Source: Candidatus Woesearchaeota archaeon
GTDB taxonomy: Archaea; Nanobdellota; Nanobdellia; SCGC-AAA011-G17; GW2011-AR17
Length of the DNA stretch: 36,100 nt
Assembly (NCBI GenBank): GCA_964358335.1
Contig: CAYHOW010000001.1
Span: forward strand, 1-36,100
Direction: 5' to 3'
The position numbers and the translations under genes were made by a program. Positions 33,147-36,100 of this stretch are shown here, piece after piece. Within the stretch, counting starts at the first letter, position 1. Each line of letters opens with the position of its first letter. The notes beneath the pieces were generated by a model. It was given only the letters and a program-made list of their open reading frames with translations, ran no database searches and was not told the origin of the DNA.

Positions 33147-34871
33147 TTGGCAAACAGCAAGCTGAACTGGAAGATTGGAGGCAAGGCCGGATACGGCATA
33201 ATGGTTACAGGCCTGATATTCTCAAAAGTGTTCTCCAGGTCGGGCTACCACGTGTTCGATACTGTTGAATACCCCTCATTGATTAGGGGCGGCCATAATT
33301 TCTATGACGTCAGGGTGGAGGATGAGGAGGTCCATTCGCATACCGGGACTGCAGACATCCTTGTCGCGCTCAACAAGGAGACTGCCGACCTGCACAAGAA
33401 TAATGTCTCTGAGAGCGGCGCAATAATATTCGACAGCATTGACACAAAAATAAGCAGTGGTGAGATTCGGAAAGGCATAATGCTCTACGATGTTCCCCTA
33501 TTGGAGATATCCAAGAAGATTTGCGGAAAGGACATGATGAGGAACACCGTCTCGCTCGGAGCTTCGCTTGCCATAATTGACTACGATTTCGATGTGCTTG
33601 CCGGCGTCCTGGCAGATATCTTCGGCGATAAGGGAAAAGAAATCGTTGAGCAGAACATCTCGTCAGCAAAAGCAGGATATGATTACGTCAAGGAAAAATA
33701 CAAGGCGCCTTTCAAGATAAGGATGAAGAAGATGAGCAATGAGAGAAAGATGCTTGTCACAGGCAACGAGGCTATCTCGATTGCCGCCATAACAGCCGGG
33801 TGCAAGTTCTATTCAGCCTACCCAATGACTCCTGCTTCTTCCATACTGCATTACATGGCTGCGCATGACAGGAAAATCGTAGTCAAGCAGACCGAGGACG
33901 AGATTGCCGCAATACATGCTGCCATAGGAGCGTCTTTCGTCGGCGCAAGGTCCATGACCGCGACTTCGGGCGGAGGGTTCTGCCTGATGACTGAAGGGCT
34001 TGGATTGGCTGCTATGACCGAGACGCCCCTGGTACTGGTCTTGGCGCAACGGGCCGGACCTAGCACGGGGCTCGCCACAAGGACAGAGCAGGCTGACCTC
34101 AAGTTCGCAATGAACGCTTCACAGGGAGAGTTCCCTCGAGTAATAATAACGCCAGGTGATGTAGAAGAATGCTTCTATCTTACACTTAAGGCATTCAACC
34201 TCGCTGACAAGTATCAGGTCCCGGTAATAATAATGACCGACAAGCACCTTTCCGAGAGCCACAAGACTGCCGAGAGGTTCGATACTGATTATACTGTAGA
34301 AAGGAGCGTCATACTCAACGATAAGGATGTCAAAGATGATTACAAGAGGTTCGAGGACACCAAGACCGGCGTGTCGCCAAGGACATTGCCTGGAAGGAAA
34401 GGCATATTCAGGGCTCCGTCATATGAGCACGACGAGCACGGCTGGAACATAGAGGAGCCTGAGGATAGAATGGTGATGGCAGACAAGAGGCTCAGGAAAG
34501 CCAAGTCCATCATGAATGAAATACCTGCGCCCAAGCTTTATGGCAAAAAAGACGCTGACATAACTATCGTCGGATGGGGCGGGACAAAAGGGCCTATCAT
34601 GGAAGCGATGAAGCTCCTTAAAAAAGATAAGCTTAACGTTAACTTCGTGCATTTCAGTTTCATATTGCCTTTCAAGGCCGAGGCTGTAACAAAGATGCTG
34701 AAGGGCGCAAGGAAGGCTATCATCGTAGAGCAGAACCGCACGCTGCAGCTTGCCGGAGTGATAAGGGAAAATACCGGGATTGAGTTTGGCCACTCATTCT
34801 CAAAATATGACGGGAGGGAGATGCTGCCGTCAGAGATTTATGCTAATGTCAAGAAGGTGCTCAATGGCTAA
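33147..34871 (+). CDS. 2-oxoacid:ferredoxin oxidoreductase subunit alpha (fused gamma+alpha domains)
   Basis: The gamma-type N-terminus is KIGGKAGYGIMVTGLIFS...EYPSLIRGGHN. The alpha core is LVTGNEAISIAAITAGCKFYSAYPMTPAS. A TTG start is the only option that keeps the conserved N-terminus. Confidence 0.88.
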   Translation: MANSKLNWKIGGKAGYGIMVTGLIFSKVFSRSGYHVFDTVEYPSLIRGGHNFYDVRVEDEEVHSHTGTADILVALNKETADLHKNNVSESGAIIFDSIDTKISSGEIRKGIMLYDVPLLEISKKICGKDMMRNTVSLGASLAIIDYDFDVLAGVLADIFGDKGKEIVEQNISSAKAGYDYVKEKYKAPFKIRMKKMSNERKMLVTGNEAISIAAITAGCKFYSAYPMTPASSILHYMAAHDRKIVVKQTEDEIAAIHAAIGASFVGARSMTATSGGGFCLMTEGLGLAAMTETPLVLVLAQRAGPSTGLATRTEQADLKFAMNASQGEFPRVIITPGDVEECFYLTLKAFNLADKYQVPVIIMTDKHLSESHKTAERFDTDYTVERSVILNDKDVKDDYKRFEDTKTGVSPRTLPGRKGIFRAPSYEHDEHGWNIEEPEDRMVMADKRLRKAKSIMNEIPAPKLYGKKDADITIVGWGGTKGPIMEAMKLLKKDKLNVNFVHFSFILPFKAEAVTKMLKGARKAIIVEQNRTLQLAGVIRENTGIEFGHSFSKYDGREMLPSEIYANVKKVLNG

Positions 34872-35715
34872 GATAGAGGACTTCAATACCGGGCAGACGC
34901 CTGTATGGTGCCCCGGCTGCGGCAACTTCGGGATACTTATGGCAGTCAGGTCCGCCCTCGCCGAGCTTAACATCAAGCGCGAGAATACGCTCATTGTCAG
35001 CGGCATAGGATGCTCTGACAAGTACAACCAATATGTGAATACATATGCGTTCGAAAGCATTCACGGCAGGATACTGCCTGTTGCCATGGGCGCAAGGCTT
35101 GCCAACTATAATCTCAAGGTTGTCTGCATAGGCGGAGACGGCGACGGGTACGGCATAGGCATGTGCCATTTCGTGCATGCCGCAAGGAGGAACCTCAACC
35201 TCACTTACATAGTCTGCGACAACCAGATATACGGGCTTACCACCGGACAGACGAGCCCGACTTCAGATAAAGGGTTCAAGACAAAGTCAACGCCGAACGG
35301 GAACATAGAGATGCCTGTCAATCCTCTCACTATCGCGCTGTCCGCAGGCGCAACTTATGTTGCAAGGGGATTTGCCGGAGATGTCGCCACGCTCAAAGAA
35401 TTGATAAAAGGCGGCATACAGCATAATGGGTTTGCAGTCATAGACGTGTTCCAGCCGTGCGTGACATTCAACTACAAGAACACTTACGAGTGGTTCAATG
35501 CTAAATTGTACAAGCTTGGCGAAGACCACGATACTTCAAGCAAGGAGATGGCGTTCAAGAGAGCAAATGAGAGCGAGAAGCTTCCAATCGGACTTTTCTA
35601 TAAGGAGGACAAGCCCACTTACGAGGATGAGGCATTGCCGGCTAAAGCAAAGCCTTTGGTCGAGCAGGACATCTCTAATGTAAATGTGGATGACCTGATG
35701 GACGAATTGATGTGA
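34864..35715 (+). CDS. 2-oxoacid:ferredoxin oxidoreductase subunit beta (TPP-binding)
   Basis: I prefer ATG 34864, which overlaps the alpha stop by 8 nt. Motifs are TPVWCPGCGNFGIL and the TPP motif GGDGDGYGIG...CDNQIYGLTTGQ. Confidence 0.9.
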   Translation: MAKIEDFNTGQTPVWCPGCGNFGILMAVRSALAELNIKRENTLIVSGIGCSDKYNQYVNTYAFESIHGRILPVAMGARLANYNLKVVCIGGDGDGYGIGMCHFVHAARRNLNLTYIVCDNQIYGLTTGQTSPTSDKGFKTKSTPNGNIEMPVNPLTIALSAGATYVARGFAGDVATLKELIKGGIQHNGFAVIDVFQPCVTFNYKNTYEWFNAKLYKLGEDHDTSSKEMAFKRANESEKLPIGLFYKEDKPTYEDEALPAKAKPLVEQDISNVNVDDLMDELM

Positions 35716-35751
35716 GAATATTCTGATTCAATCTATATTCCTTAAATTAGC

Positions 35752-36006
35752 CTAAACCATCTCTTTCCTTTTTAGAAAGAAAATCTTTTTAGTAGGGTCA
35801 TCTGAATACTCATCTTCGTCTTCATTCTGATAAATCTCGCTCGAATAATCTGCTATTTCTGACATGACTGCACTTTTTATCTTATTGCAATTTTTTGTCG
35901 CAGATCCTAAACTTGAAATTATGAATATGTCTGGATTGTGTGCTCTTATTTTTGCAATGATATCTCGGCTCTTCTTTTTTATATCGTCATGATTTGCTAT
36001 GAACAT
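35752..36006 (-). CDS. hypothetical 84-aa protein with acidic tail; possibly a gene remnant
   Basis: This is only an ORF in an AT-rich context. The frame stays open 17 codons upstream of the Met, up to a TAG at 36058-36060. No motif recognised. Confidence 0.3.
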   Translation of the reverse strand: MFIANHDDIKKKSRDIIAKIRAHNPDIFIISSLGSATKNCNKIKSAVMSEIADYSSEIYQNEDEDEYSDDPTKKIFFLKRKEMV

Positions 36007-36100
36007 AAGATGTTTGTCTGTATTATCAATCAGATTTTGGAGCGCTTTATTAAGAGCCTATCCCAGTAGTCCGGTTGCTCTCCATGTGATTATCCCGCAG

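Overview
This window reads as a chromosomal segment of an uncultivated-type archaeon. The archaeal call rests on class III (prepilin-type) signal peptides, TTTATATA boxes roughly 25-35 nt upstream of start codons, oligo-T terminators, Taw1 and a two-subunit 2-oxoacid:ferredoxin oxidoreductase. A small-genome or DPANN-like lifestyle is only a guess. Layout: (i) a 3' gene fragment, then three tandem paralogous small membrane proteins (437-2113). (ii) On the minus strand, two coiled-coil genes and a stand-alone TnpB of IS200/IS605 type (2125-4468). (iii) A ~14 kb plus-strand type IV pilus-like operon (4786-18670). It encodes a secretion ATPase interrupted by a 513-aa LAGLIDADG intein, a polytopic platform protein and at least seven prepilin-like proteins, including mini-pilins at or below the ORF-track cutoff. 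It also encodes a large exported protein with a degenerate LytM-like domain and a membrane-anchored metallophosphoesterase. (iv) The most unusual element is a tightly packed minus-strand four-gene cassette (18600-22303). It encodes a two-module E1/ThiF-like enzyme, a JAMM/JAB metalloprotease with a long basic tail, and two unassigned proteins (a candidate Ubl and a candidate E2-like protein). This looks like a ubiquitin-like conjugation/deconjugation system in a layout I do not recognise. (v) AT-rich accessory patches hold a lipoprotein, a DUF2786-like protein, coiled-coil and sequon-rich secreted proteins, a wHTH gene plus a RelE-like toxin killed by an in-frame TAA, and a two-gene cupredoxin islet including a complete CuA motif. 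(vi) Housekeeping genes are Lrp/AsnC, AhcY, a metallophosphoesterase, Taw1, a PQQ-type sugar dehydrogenase, superoxide reductase, ferredoxin and OFOR alpha/beta. No rRNA, tRNA or CRISPR array was seen. All assignments come from reading motifs in the supplied translations and the DNA. No database search or computation was possible.
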